Source: Octopus vulgaris
Lineage: Eukaryota
Reading direction: 5' to 3'
NCBI GenBank assembly: GCA_951406725.2
Contig: OX597817.1
Coordinates: 6,572,001-6,636,000 of the forward strand
DNA length: 64,000 nucleotides
The notes under the pieces are model-generated. The model worked only from the letters and a program-made list of their open reading frames with translations, did no database searches and was not told the origin of the DNA. The translations under genes and the position numbers were made by a program. Within the stretch, counting starts at the first letter, position 1. Each line of letters opens with the position of its first letter. Positions 1 through 13,496 of this stretch are shown piece after piece.

Positions 1-368
1 ACATAACACGCTGTTTTTTCTTTTACTGCACCTTTTGCATTAAACGCAAATAAGTATAAAAGAGAGAAAAATTCCTCCAACTGATGTTACAAACATTTTT
101 CTAACCAAAATAGTTACAGGACCATATTTAATCAATGAACTCAAAGTGGCCTATAGTGACAAATGTAAATTTAGATATATAATAACAAGCAAACCATCTA
201 TATTAAAGGATGCAGGGAAGTATTATGTCCTCTCAACCTGAACGTCTTTGTAACAATAAAGGATCGGGGACAGCTCCAATGTAACATGGACAGTAAATTA
301 AAAAAATATACACTGGAATGACTGACAGAAATTTTATTTACAATTTCGAGACATATTTCCTTTTATAG

Positions 369-537
369 TAATAAAGAAAAGATTATGTCTATAGCTGTGT
401 TGAAATGTCTGCAGAAAATCAAGGCAAAGAACATAGACATCATCAAATGGAAGGTTCCAGAACGAACAAACCCGAATATGAATATGACAAGACCATCTCA
501 CTTGTACATTGGCTGGAAACTACAGGACAACACTTCA
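369..537 (+). CDS. Candidate internal coding exon of an unidentified host gene
   Basis: Acceptor-like catatttccttttatAG ends at 368 and donor GTAAGT lies at 538-543. The 169 nt between are open in one frame (NKEKIMSIAVLKCLQKIKAKNIDIIKWKVPERTNPNMNMTRPSHLYIGWKLQDNTS). No recognised homology and no partner exon identified. Confidence 0.25.
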
Positions 538-633
538 GTAAGTGCACGTTTTCTCTTTACGTAGACAATAAGTATATGTCACTACAATAGCGAACACTCT
601 CTCCCTCTATCACTTTGTCTTTTTCTCTCGCAA

Positions 634-685
<52 letters not shown>

Positions 686-812
686 CTCATTCTTTTACTT
701 CTGTGAAACCATCTCGGTTTGCCCTGTTTATACTCACGTTTGCATGCACGACGTGAAAAAGAATATTGTGGTTTGGTTGTGTGGATGAGCGTGAAGTGTG
801 ATACTGATAATA

Positions 813-2104
813 CGAGGGGCGTTCAATAAGTAATGCCTCTGACCCACTTGCATTTGTTTGATCTAGCTGAAATTTTGCATGTTCAATTATTGATATCTCT
901 ATAGATTAAGTGGCAAATTACAGCTCCGAACTAATTGTGGTTTCTGATTTACAGGTGTTTGAAATGAGTCATGTGGGAAATGGAGCATGTTGAGTGTCGA
1001 GCAATGATCCGGTTTTTGTATTTGAAATGACGCACACCACAGGAGACTTTTAATGAAATGAAAGTAACTTATGGTGATGATGCCCCATCATATGACCTTG
1101 TAAAACGCTGGCATCGTGAATTCAAACATGGTCGGAACTCTGTGGAAACAGCTCCCAGATCTGGTCGCACCCCTTCTGCCAGTGATGAGGCATCTGTCCG
1201 TCAAGTTGAGGCTGCCATTTTGGAAGATCGACGCATAACTATTCGCCAAATAGCCCATGAGGTCAAGATTAGTACCGGGTCTGTGGAAACTATCATTCAT
1301 GACCATTTGCATATGCAAAAGGTGTCTGCCAGATGGATTTCCAGGTTGCTCACACTTTTCCAGAAGCAAGAACGCAAGAATTCCAGAAGCAAGAATTTAG
1401 GGATGTGCCAAGAAGATGAGTCAAACTTTTTCAAAAGACTGATTACACAGGATGAGACCTGGGTCCATCACTATGATCCATAGACCAAAGCCCAGTCAAT
1501 GCAGTGGAAGCACCATGACTCACCTCCTCCAAAGAAGGCAAGGGTGCAGCCCTCCGTTGGCAAGGTCATGCTTACAGTCTTCTGGGACCAGGACGGAGTA
1601 GTGATGACAGATTTCCTGGCAAAGGGTACCACAATAACAGGAGCCTATCATGTTTCACTTTTGAGGAAATTAAGAGAAACTATCGAAACCAAGAGGCGGG
1701 GCAAGATCAGCAAAGGCATCCTCCTCCTGCAGGACAACGCTCCGGTCCACAACTCGCGTGTCGCCAGATCAGAAGCACAGGCGTGCGGCTATGAACTCTT
1801 CCCCCATCCCCCTACTCTCCTGACCTTGCACCCTCTGATTTTCACCTCTTCCCAGCCATGAAGTTGTTTTTGAAAGGAAAGCGTTTCCCAGATGATGCAG
1901 CCTTGATTTCTGAAGTCACGTCGTGGTTAGAGGACCAAGCTGGGGTCTTCTACGGAAACGGTCTCCAGAACTGCATCAAACGATGGGAGAAATGCGTACC
2001 TCTGGGTTGTTCCTATGTAGAAAAAGACTAATACCTGTGCCAAGTTTCGTTGCTCTACTGCTATGGGAAGTGGGTCAGGGGCATTACTTATTGAACGCCC
2101 CTCG
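813..2104 (+). mobile_element. Full-length mariner (Tc1/mariner) DNA transposon, ~1.29 kb, inactive
   Basis: 37-bp TIRs cgaggggcgttcaataagtaatgcc(t/c)ctgacccactt with one mismatch. TA target duplication at 811-812 and 2105-2106. Transposase remnants inside. Confidence 0.97.
980..2031 (+). pseudogene. Mariner transposase pseudogene
   Basis: MEHVECRAMIRFLYLK*...PRSGRTP...ITQDETWVHHYDP*...LLQDNAPVH...(frameshift near 1810)YSPDLAPSDFHLFP. Stops at 1028-1030 and 1481-1483. Confidence 0.95.
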
Positions 2105-3016
2105 TATAACCTTAATAAGCTTCGATCCTAATCAAACAAAGATGGGTACTTTTTCCGATGTTTTGTATCCTACCGATATTCAATACCAACAACTGTAAGA
2201 AAATCGCCCTCCTTTCTACCAAAATCAAGTTTACCTGCAGAACCGATTTCGAATGCATGCTTGTGTAAAAATTAGTTTGTTTCGTTTCTGAGTGAGTGCG
2301 TGCATCTGTAGCGTTGTATGATCTAATAACCGTTAAAAGTTTGTAATATCCAATCCCACTTACAAACTAAACTAAAATTTATTTCAGTTTAGTTATAACT
2401 GTGTGAGGGGATGCCAGTATTGCGAGAATGAGAATGTGATAGTGGATTTAACATTCTGAAATCCATTAGCTTATTTACATTTCGAAGCTATCATATTTCT
2501 ATCCACTGATGGACAATGTGTTTTCATGCGATTTGCATTGAATCGCAAATGTTTATGAGGTGGTGGTAGCTTTACTTCGTCACCTCAATACCGGATTTCA
2601 AAACTATTTAGAGTAACAGGCCGTTAGATTTATATTTCTTTCCCATGTGTTGTATATGTGAATTGATATTTAGCTTATATAATTCTCTTAGGAAATCATT
2701 CATGGGTTTCCTTCACATTTTGCGAAACTTAGTATAAAATTGAGTGTTGTCACGTATTGATTTTCTATCGATTTTTATTGTACGTGAGACATTATAGCAT
2801 ATTGCGATGATTCTTATTTAAAGTGGTTGGTGAAACTGCAAATGTAGTATTTTTATGTCCAATGTAGTAATTTGACTCAAGAAGATTACAACTTCCATAT
2901 TGTAATTAGTAAATATCATTAGTATTTTGAAGTACATTAGTATTTTGCAGTTTTTGTCCTATAGAAACTGTCTTTCATCCTCATGTTTATGCAATATGCT
3001 CTAATATGCTCTAATA

Positions 3017-3429
3017 GGCGCAGGAGTGGCTGTGTGGTAAGTAGCTTGCTAACCAACCTCATGGTTCTCGGTTCAGTCCCACTGCGTGGCACCTTGGGCA
3101 AGTGTCTTCTGCTATAGCCCTGAGCCGACCAATGCCTTGTGAGTGGATTTGGTAGACGGAAACTGAAAGAAGCCTGTCGTATATATGTATATATATATAT
3201 GGGTGTGTGTGTGTATGTGTTTGTGTGTCTATGTTTGTCCCCCTAGCATTGCTTGACAACCGATGCTGGTGTGTTTAAGTCCCCGTCACTTAGCGCTTCG
3301 GCAAAAGAGACCGATAGAATAAGTACTGGGCTTACAAAGAATAAGTCCCGGGGCCGATTTGCTCGACTAAAGGCGGTGCTCCAGCATGGCCGCAGTCAAA
3401 TGACTGAAACATGTAAATGAGTAAATGAG
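3017..3429 (+). mobile_element. tRNA-derived SINE family A (CORE-like), full length
   Basis: Box A-like tggctgtgtgg, box B-like ggttcagtccc, CORE-like accttgggcaagtgtctt, internal (TA)/(TG) tract, tail ggcggtgctccagcatggccgcagtcaaatgactgaaac with (gtaaatga)n. Many copies in this window. Confidence 0.9.
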
Positions 3430-3874
3430 AAGTGAGTATGAGTAATGGCGAGTATCGGTTGAATGAGGTAAGAGACTTGTATTTGGATTTCTTAACTAAT
3501 CAAGATATATTTATTTGATGTAGAGTACGACATTCGTTTGTTGCGTACAGGGGTAGCCAATATTTCTTTTAACCTTATAATTTCCTCTGTAGGGCTTCTT
3601 GGGATATTATATAACATAAAAAACATTTAATAAATGATTTAGCAACGGATATCTAGAATTTATATGTGTATTCATTATTTGTGGCATGTAAAAGCATTTA
3701 CATACATTTTTAAATTCTCTTTTAAATTAACATCCTATTCGTCGTTGTTGATCACGATGAATATATCGTCATGATGTCTTAATAGGTAATCAGACTGGGA
3801 TTAAGAACATAATGTAACGTGTAAAAATTGTGAAAATGGGACCTATTCTGAAAACCTGATGAATTTAAGCGCAA

Positions 3875-4085
3875 CGGTAATGACAGAATCGTTAGTACAT
3901 CAGGCAAAATACTTAACGGTATTTAGTCCGCTTTTACGTTGTGAGATCAAGTTCTGCTGAAGTCGCTATTGCCTTTACATCCTTCTGGGGCCTATAAAAT
4001 AAGTACCAATTGAGCACTAGGTAAATGTAATCGTCTTACTCCCTCCCCTAAATGACTGGCCTCCTGCCAAAATTGGAAGCTAATA
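3875..4085 (+). mobile_element. SINE family B, decayed
   Basis: Degenerate match to the copy at 47845 (gacagaatcgttag...gcctttacatccttctggggcctataaaataagtacca). Confidence 0.7.
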
Positions 4086-4335
4086 TTGAAATCCAGCGTA
4101 AAAAATGTAAAAGATAATTCAGTGAAACTTACATGGCACCAGTGCAATGTACACGGAAACAAGTCAAACTACATTATTTTAAAAATTCTTACGATGGAGC
4201 TAAGCTACCTTCGAAAATTAATTTGACTTATGGCTGGAGAAAAACTACATTTCCATTTGAAAATAAAGAATTAATAAGGAAATTTCAAAACAGCTTCTAA
4301 AAACGAATACCAGCTGTGAACCCTGCCTTGTCTCT

Positions 4336-4553
4336 AATAATCCTTTCTGTTATAGGCACAAAGCCTGACATTTTGGAGGAGTTGAGGGCCAGTCGACTAG
4401 ATCAACCCCAGTACTCAACTGGTACTTAATTTATCGACCCCGAAGAATAAGAGGCAAAGTCGACCTCGGCGGAAATTGAACACAGAACGTAGCAACGGGC
4501 GAAATACCGCTAAGCATTTCACGTGGCGTGCTGACGATTCTTCCAGCTCATCA
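4336..4553 (-). mobile_element. SINE family B, tail type 2 (ttgtgcctataacagaaaggattatt)
   Basis: Reverse-complement match to the family B body (gagctggaagaatcgtcagcacgcc...gtcgataaattaagtaccag). Confidence 0.85.
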
Positions 4554-5467
4554 CTTTCAAAGACTTCAATAATACGTTTAAAATGACGTTTTTCTTAATC
4601 TACACAGGTGCGTGCACACATCAACACCACACGCAAACAAATACACACGTAAATTTCCATGTAAAAATATGTATTTATAATGTATATAATATGCATATAT
4701 GTATGCGTATATGGGTGCCTGATGGCGTGTTTGTGTATATGTATATAAATATGTATGCTTGTATATTGTGTGCATGTATGTACGTAATTGTGTATGTCTC
4801 AAGAAGTCGCCTCTCCAAAATAGTTGCTGCTCATGTTAAATATTTCAGATATATTCAACGGCTTGAAGTGTACTTGATAAATACGAAACGCAAACTCATA
4901 TAGGATTAGATTAGTAAAAGTAGAGTTAACGATGGTAAATTAAGATACTGTAATAATTACATAATAGACACGTAATTAATGTTATGAAAAATGTGTGAAT
5001 TTCCAATAAATATATCCAAGCACGTTTCCTGACAAATATATTCTGATTATTTATAAGTCGAGATTCAACAAAATACTATAGCCAATATATTTCATTAATA
5101 CTATTTGAATAGTATCCGTATCCATCGATATTCTTTGTAGTCCATATAGGCAAGCTGTTAATTGATATTAGATAAAAATATCAACGAAAAATTTTTATAT
5201 CTAACACAGTACGAAAATAATTGAAAAAATAACTACATGAGTAAATGAAACATCTAACAATATATTTGTTATATAATACTCCATCTCGCGCTTGAAAATT
5301 TACCACTTCTCAGCATTTGTCATTTAATCACTATTCACTAATTTCTAATTCAGCCAACTTAAACTTATCACGAAGTACTACATCTAAATCAAAGTAGTTA
5401 CTTACTGCTGCTCTTGTTAATTAATTACTTGTTCATCAACGGAGCTCTTATTTTCGCAAACTGCTCA

Positions 5468-5880
5468 TTAGTTAGTTATTTAGTTAGTTAATTTGGCTCA
5501 AAAGCAAATAGCAAGGCCATGTAGGGGGACATGGAGTTATGTACAGGGTGGTGTTCATGTAAAGAGTTCAGGCCACTTGAGGTCCTGGGAGGCTTTGAAC
5601 AAAGCGGTCGTCGGCATCTTCACCATCTCGTCTGGCAGCTTGTTCCACGGATCCGCAACCCGGACGGTGAAAGCTCCTCTCCTTCGATTAAGATGAAATC
5701 GTCGCAGGTAGAGCTTTTCGGAATGACCCCGCAGCCGACGCTCTGGAGCAGGAGTGAAGAACAGCTCTTTCGAGAGGTTACACTTTCCGCTTATGATGTT
5801 GTGGGCGAGAATGAGATCACTACGGCGGCGGCGTTTTTCAAGAGAATAAAGGTCGAGCGTCCTCAGCCTTTCTTCGTAAT
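5468..5880 (-). mobile_element. CR1-clade LINE, 5'-truncated 3' end
   Basis: Minus-strand translation YEERLRTLDLYSLEKRRRRSDLILAHNII...RLRGHSEKL...AFTVRVADPWNKLPDEMV...LFKASQD matches the CR1 ORF2 C-terminus. Short 3'UTR ends in (AACT)n. Confidence 0.88.
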
Positions 5881-7683
5881 ATAGTCAAATGAACTAGCAA
5901 CGCTCTAGCAACTCTGACGTTTGCAATTATTTACTCATTGATCTGCATGACAAGCATGCTATATATATGATTAGTTCGTTTACATAGAAATATCATTCTA
6001 AAACATGCACTTGGCATGGGTGTTGAGTATCTTTAATGCAATAATGTTTCAGTCAAATTGTAAGGTGCTACATATTATTTCAAATATGCCGAATGTCACA
6101 AAACGAACTCGTAGGATTTTTAATATACGTGCAGTTGATTGCGAATACAATATAACATTTTATACTTATGTGTGAAGAAAAACATGGTGATGTAACTACA
6201 TGGACGAGGATTTCTGATACAATATCGTTTAACTGTAAAACTTGATTTGAATCCATTGTAATAATTGTAGTTTATGTTAATGGATTGAATTGCTTGTCAA
6301 TACTTTCTAAAGATGTATAGTATTTCCAAGTTGCGATCAACGAACTATATTTTCGATGTAACTTAATGTTCTATTGACACATGTTGTATAATAGATTCTG
6401 CAAGAAAACAAAAAAATTAAATTCCTATAAACAATAGCTTCCTGCAGGAAGCTCTATTAATACAGAGAATTTGAAGCCGTATGACTATTTGTATGTTTCT
6501 CTTTCTGCATGTTATTATACTAAGGATGTGAATTTGCATGCATAGAAAATTGTTAAAACATCAACACAAGCTAAAACAAAACAGGAAATATTTTGATACG
6601 GTAAAGCTTTGAAAGTTTCTACAGGCATATTGTAAGATAATCAACGTTCCAAATAGAAAATTATATAGGGGGTAAATATTTCGGAGATATATGAGACAGG
6701 TTTTATCATCGTGCCTAACTTTATAATTATTAAAATATAATATATAAAATACAATAATAATAATATATAATTATTAAAACATAGAGACTAGTAAAATTAA
6801 TGTAGTGTAAATATTACTTGCCATAAACATGCCGATTACAAGTCTTTAGAGATATAATATATTTCAATAAAAATAGGAATATTGCTTAAGAAACATAACA
6901 CTGAAGTGTTATGTATATGAAAATAAATATACATTCGATCCTTTCTAATGAACGTGATTCCCATTTTTAATTGCTATAAATACATAAAATTGTATAAACA
7001 AACAACAGTGAGACATTTTTTGCTGTTAGAGAATGTTAGAGAAATTAAGCTCACTGAAATACCAGAAAGTACAACCGAATATAACGTACAGTTGTCCATT
7101 AAAAAAATAATATCACTGTCTGTAAACAGGAAATATCACAATAGCCAGGAATTTAGAAATATAAATATGTAATGATGTTTTATAGTAATGACGTAGCTAA
7201 TTACTTTCTACGACTAATGATAGAAGCTTAGGAGGTGATATAACGGATTATTAAATATTTCACTAGTTATTGAATAAAGAATTTGGAAACAAATATAATA
7301 AGAATGCGTAACCAGGAGATCGATCTCTTAATGTCACTTCAATAATATTTAAAGATTTAAATAATATTTAAATGAAATGAGTACATTTCCCTACGATACA
7401 GAGTATGGTTTAACAGTCTATGAAGTTAGAGATAAATAGTAGTTTCGAAGACTGTTCGGTAAATAGTATATTAAAATGCGTTTCTAATGTAATACGAGCA
7501 TTTCACTCTAAGTTCATTAGACTTGTTACAGATATTGCCTGAATATTTAAGTATTTTCCATGGTTCAGTGCACCAAATGGTACACTCATACCTAGTATTT
7601 AAATACGGCGATGCATAATCTATTTGGCTTCGGGTGATTTGGAATCTAATTTTTTGTCTTCTAGTTCCCCATTTTTTTCTACA

Positions 7684-7757
7684 GGTGGTGCTCCAGTATG
7701 TCTGCAGTCAAATGACTGAAACAAGTAAAAGAGTAAAAGAGTAAAAGAGTAAAAGAG
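7684..7757 (+). mobile_element. SINE family A 3' tail fragment
   Basis: ggtggtgctccagtatgtctgcagtcaaatgactgaaacaa followed by (gtaaaaga)n. Confidence 0.85.
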
Positions 7758-8547
7758 CTGATGTAACCTCAGCCTCATTACTCTAATTGAAAGTATAAGA
7801 ATCATTACATATTATTCGTTTTAATTTGCAAGAAGTAGAACAGATCAAGTTTAAAGTGTTTAGATCTGTTAATACGTCACATATATAGACAATATTTTTA
7901 GTGAGGCATAGACTATGTAGGGAGCATATTAGCTTTTTTTTCTTTTTGACAATTACATAATTTAGAGGATTAGTGTTATTCAAGGACCACAGAGAGTGAT
8001 AACTACTGTTAGATCCGAGGAAATTACCCGAAATTTCCGATGTTTAGAAAGAGACAGGGGGATTATTGTTAATAGTAATAGCACTACCATTGCAACGGTG
8101 AATTTTAAAGAGTTAGCTTGATCATCAATAGCTACATAATTTCCATTTATGTTACAATCGAAAAGGATGTAATCCAGATTAGTTGCGTCTTATCACTGTT
8201 ACGGCTTAAGGTTTCATAGCCACCACTAATACCATTGTTGCTACTAGGGTGGCTAGTAGTGTTACATATAAATGTAATGTACTTAGAGGCTGAAGTTGTC
8301 GACTGACGCACAGTATCATGATTGCTACTGTTGGCTATTTGACTGCCATAGTCCTCGCGTATGGCACCATTGTTACTATAGCTGCCATATTTGTCAACGT
8401 TAGGGTTGCAATTATTGTCAGTTCTACTGTTGCTTCTAACACCAACATCATTCCTTTTATTACTATTATAGTTATTACTAACAATATTATTCTCTCTATA
8501 TTGTTATCATACTTGATATTATTGTTATTGCTATTATTATTATCACT

Positions 8548-8633
8548 ATTCTTCTTCTTCTTCTTCTTCTTCTTCTTCTTTCTTCTTCTTCTTCTTCTTC
8601 TTCTTCTTCTTCTTCTTCTTCTTCTTCTTCTTC

Positions 8634-8691
<58 letters not shown>

Positions 8692-8708
8692 CATTATTAT
8701 TATTATTA

Positions 8709-8769
<61 letters not shown>

Positions 8770-8778
8770 CATTATCAC
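8548..8778. repeat. Compound microsatellite (TTC)n(TTA)n
   Basis: Read directly from the sequence. Confidence 0.98.
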
Positions 8779-8781
8779 CAT

Positions 8782-10100
8782 AAACACAGCGCCTTCTCTT
8801 TTATGCTCATATCTTTTCAATGTTCTAAGGCCGTACAGCTCACACCTTCTCCAATGGACATACTTAGTCACGTTATAATGCCTCCTTTTAAATTATGAGA
8901 CACTTTCAATTTTTCCTGCCATACGTACTACAAAGTGATTATTCACAGCTCTTATTTATTGGGAACTTAGTGTAATTAGTTGTCAGACAACTAATTACAT
9001 TGCACTGATCGTGTTTTTTCCATTGACTCTACTCTTTATAATGTGTTTGTCCGGAGGAATTCTAGTCTAAAGCTTTCTTTAATCTCTCACTCTCTTTAAT
9101 TTTACCATGCTCAAAAATACCTTCAACAGCCTCAATTCTCTCGCCGTGGGATGGTTCTACACTACTTTGAGTTTACTATATTAAGACTACCCCACTTTTT
9201 AATCCAAAATTCCATCCCAATATCCTTACTGAATATTTACACCGTTTGAGAGCAGACGATTTATTTCACTCCCACTCTTACAGAAGAGTTCAACTCCATA
9301 TACAACAGGTGGTTCAACTCTCTCCTCTTTTCAAGGTGTCCTACAGTGTCACTTTCCGTAATATCTGAGAGTGGGACATCATACAAATCACAAACAGCAA
9401 TAGTGATAACCTATCTCCTTGAAATATGCTTCTCCTGATGTGAAACATCGCCAGAAACATCTTTATTCCAGTTCATTATTGATTACCTGATAAAGTTCAA
9501 AATGTTGTCAGACACTTGTACCAACTCAAGACGTTTTAAAATACAAGAATGGGAGACTATGTTAGTGTGTCTTTTCTTACTGTCTTTGAGTACCGTTCTG
9601 TCTATCAGAAGTTGATCATTTGTCCCTCGGCGTTTCCTCCTGCTTCCCTTCTGTTCCACTGAAGGCTTATCATTCAATTCAAGGAAGTCAAACGTAGACA
9701 GGAACGCTAATTATCCACTGCATTATCTTTACCGGAGTCCTTTTGGAATAGAACCGCTTTTCGTGTAGTCATTCGCTTCGAAATTACACCTGTTGTTGAT
9801 CATATTATCCATTTTCACAGCCTTTCTTTCGTGTAATGCTGGAAAACTTTTCAGTGTGTACCCTTTTTGCACTATCTGGGCCTGGAAATTTCCAGGTTGG
9901 AAACTTTGTATTCTGCTCGGTCAACATTTCAGTTGTTATTCTTATATTGTTCTGTTTCACTTCATTTTTCTCCAACCTTAATTCATTCAACGACTCAGCA
10001 ACAATTTTTATGACACTTTATGATGTTATTCCAAACCCACTTTCTTTAGAATCAGTTTTGTCACTACTGCTAACTTTTCTGTTCAGCTACTGATAAACAC
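8782..10100 (-). mobile_element. Decayed R4/Dong-clade non-LTR retrotransposon (RT region and downstream part, internally deleted)
   Basis: Minus-strand motifs [61 protein letters not shown] and RRHYNVTKYVHW...YEH. The downstream side runs into (TAA)n. Confidence 0.82.
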
Positions 10101-10927
10101 TAACACGCCAGGCAAAATCTTTAACGGCATTGCGCCATTCTCAACGTGTAGGGATCAAATTATGTTTTCACCAGTTTCGGATCGATATAATAGGTAGGAG
10201 CCCAGTGGAGCACTGGGCTCCTCGCTTTGTGTCACAATCTGAAGCCGATATTTACTTGATGGGATGGAGTTCTATAACAAGGCAAATAACGTTTTAGAAA
10301 GGACGTAAAGTAGTTGCACTTGCAGAGTTTTCTAACGGAAAATACAAATATTGATTACGTCAAGAATTTGTGTTCCAGGCGTTTATAGGAGTATACATAC
10401 GATATGTGTGTCTTAAAGCCGCTCCATTTGCATATTTGACAGTTTTTACGATAATCATAATAAATTTGAATTTAATGAATATTTTGTACTAATGTAATAA
10501 CGTTATAAAAATAATGTCGAAATTCCCCCCAAAGGCCTCTCATTGCTCCAATAGTAGTGCTTTGTAGCATTTGATATTAGGCGTTTGACTATTAAGGTGG
10601 GTGTATTGCATTATGCTGTTCTCTCTGGTGCGTTTCTATAAAATTCAATTTGGGGAAAATTGTGACAGGATATACTTGCAGAACTGGATTGTGCGAATTT
10701 TACCTCAAGTGGTTATTGTGACGATGGGTTATATGGCCTCTGCAAACACTTTAAATCACCAAGCAATTTCCGCAATATATTGATGTGCCATTTTTTTTTG
10801 TATTTCCTTATATTTGTATTTGTTGTGGGTTTGGTGCATTTTGTATTCTTTTATGCAAATTGCGGTTGAATTTTCTTTTGTCGTAATTTTTGTTATATCT
10901 TCTGTTTATCACAAATTCACTACATTG

Positions 10928-11003
10928 GTGATGGTGGTGGTGGTGGTGGTGGTGGCAGTAGCAGCAGCAGTATTTATAGTTGTAGCAGTAGTAGTAGTGA
11001 TAA

Positions 11004-11039
<36 letters not shown>

Positions 11040-11047
11040 TAGTATAT

Positions 11048-11078
<31 letters not shown>

Positions 11079-11590
11079 CAGCAGCAGCAGCTGGGGTAGC
11101 AGCAGGGGTAGCAGCAGGGGTAGCAGCAGTAGTAGTAGTGATAGAAGAAGAAGAAGAAGAAGAAGAAGAAGAAGAAGAAGAAGAAGAAGAAGAAGAAGAA
11201 GAAGAAGAAGAAGAAGAAGAAGAAGAAGAAGAAGAAGAAGAAGAAGAAGAAGAAGAAGAAGAAGAAGAAGAAGAAGAAGAAGAAGAAGAAGAAGAAGAAG
11301 AAGAAGAAGAAGAAGAAGAAGAAGAAGAAGAAGAAGAAGAAGAAGAAGAAGAAGAAGAAGAAGAAGAAGAAGAAGAAGAAGAAGAAGAAGAAGAAGAAGA
11401 AGAAGAAGAAGAAGAAGAAGAAGAAGAAGAAGAAGAAGAAGAAGAAGAAGAAGAAGAAGAAGAAGAAGAAGAAGAAGAAGAAGAAGAAGAAGAAGAAGAA
11501 GAAGAAGAAGAAGAAGAAGAAGAAGAAGAAGAAGAAGAAGAAGAAGAAGAAGAAGAAGAAGAAGAAGAAGAAGAAGAAGAAGAAGAAGAA
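10928..11590. repeat. Compound microsatellite (GGT)(GCA/GTA)n followed by a pure (GAA)n of ~149 units (11144-11590)
   Basis: Read directly from the sequence. Confidence 0.98.
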
Positions 11591-12429
11591 GAGGATAATC
11601 TCGATAGAGAACAGTACAAATGTTACTTCTCAAGCCACATTTGTTCTATTATCTATTGACAGAAAACGAGCTTTCCTTCGTAGTCTTACACGTTCTCCAT
11701 TATAAGTATTTGTAAGAGTTCTGAAGGATGCTGTGTCTTCATTGCCGTAGCGTTACATGTGAATAATATGTTATTGTATTGACGGATTTCTTTTCATATG
11801 ATATGTTGACGATAATTGATGATTTGTCATTGTTGCTTTAGAAATGAGAAAATAGTTTTCTCAAGTTCCATAATCCGTGTATTTTTAATATGAAATTTAC
11901 ATTTTATGCAGCTATGGAATCAAAGTATATGATCACACCCGCTTATAATTATACCTTTCAAACCATGTTGTCAGAATATCTAAGAAAAAGAAAATACCCA
12001 AAATATGATGAATATAGCAATAATTTATAAACACAGATGACAATTCATGATTAATTTTCGAAAACAACGTTTTCTCCTCGTATTTACGTTCATCAAGAAT
12101 CGTGTAATTGTCATTAATATAGTCACAATAACTACAATTAAATCTAAAACAACAATCGCCTTCATCAACACCTCCAACCGACATTAACGACAACACCATC
12201 GTCACGATTACCGATAAAAAAAAAAAACCTTCAAACGAATATCAACAGAGAGTTTTTGTTGTTGTTGTTGTTTTTTTTAAAATTATTTTCTATTTCTAGC
12301 TGTCTTTCTGCTGTCCGAAATGCTTATTCAGTGCTTTCCTGGTTGTTTATTCGGAGTCGCATCCATTCAGTCTCGACTCTCTGTTCGCTTTCTTGTGTCA
12401 ACGGATTACCATTTTTTAAAATAGAAATA

Positions 12430-12526
<97 letters not shown>

Positions 12527-12587
12527 GCTACTGCTACTACTACTACTACTACTACTACTACTGCTGCTGCTGCTAATGCTGCTGCTG

Positions 12588-12643
<56 letters not shown>
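12430..12643. repeat. Compound (TAC)n/(TGC)n microsatellite
   Basis: Read directly from the sequence. Confidence 0.98.
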
Positions 12644-12644
<1 letters not shown>

Positions 12645-12765
12645 TTGTTGTTGCTTCCTATTATGCGAGCTGTTCTGTCTCACCCAGAAAGCTCATACAA
12701 GAGAAAGTTGGACCCTTCATTGTTGGTGTTTTCTTTTAAGAAAAGCAAATATATTTGCTAGTCAC

Positions 12766-12824
12766 GGTGGTGCTCCAGTATGACCGAAGCCACAGACCTG
12801 AAACGAATAAAAGAATAAAAGAAT
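12766..12824 (+). mobile_element. SINE family A 3' tail fragment
   Basis: ggtggtgctccagtatgaccg...ctgaaacgaataaaagaataaaagaata. Confidence 0.7.
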
Positions 12825-13189
12825 ATATTGGCAGGAAAGGGGGTAAAATACTGAGACTGATGTTTTCATTCAAAGTGTATTGCAATAGCTGCAATTATGC
12901 TATCGTTTAAAATATTTGGGTTCGATAAGTTTTCTTAGTATGTCGGTATAGCCTGTGACAAGAAATTGTGTAGTTCTGCTAATTTAAACTTTGCTGGAAA
13001 TTAATCATAGTATTTAAGTGTGTCATTTGGTTGTTTCCCTAAGGTGCGAGGGCCACACATAGAGTTGATATTATTTGATGTCACATGCAAGAATGACGAT
13101 TCCAAGAGAGAGATTATCGACTAAACAACTCTTCTATAGACTGCGGGTCATGTGACACATTTTGAAGTCGCTATTAGAAGGTTTCAAAC

Positions 13190-13325
13190 TGGCTGAGTCG
13201 TTAGATTGTCGGAGTAAATGCATTGCGTTATTTCGTCCGGCATTAAGTTCTGAATTCGGATTCCGTTGAGATTAACTTACCTGTTTCACCCTTCAGGGGT
13301 AATTAAAATGAAGTAAAGGTGAATT
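13190..13325 (+). mobile_element. SINE family B, decayed and partial
   Basis: Degenerate match: tggctgagtcgttag...ttctgaattcggattccgttgag...tttcacccttcaggggt. Confidence 0.6.
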
Positions 13326-13496
13326 GTTGAGGCCCATAGAATTGAGGAACACCCTTCCTTTAATGTCAGATTTTGAAACCAAGCATAAATGTGCGGCTTT
13401 TTAAGTATTCGAAGTGGACGGCAGATCGAAGATGAGGGTGGATTTACCGTCTGTCGCGACGACCTTATGCAGCTCCCGGTAGGGAAAGCGAAATTA

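Noticed and set aside
3017-3090. tRNA-like A/B boxes here and at 47845 and 49959
   Set aside because: No cloverleaf is apparent and they continue into SINE bodies, so they are SINE heads rather than tRNA genes.
5531-5884. 117 aa plus-strand ORF
   Set aside because: It is the antisense shadow of the CR1 ORF2 C-terminus on the minus strand.
8318-12761. Long ORFs encoding poly-I/L/R/E/S/Y/C
   Set aside because: They are translations of triplet microsatellites that lack stop codons, with no domain content.
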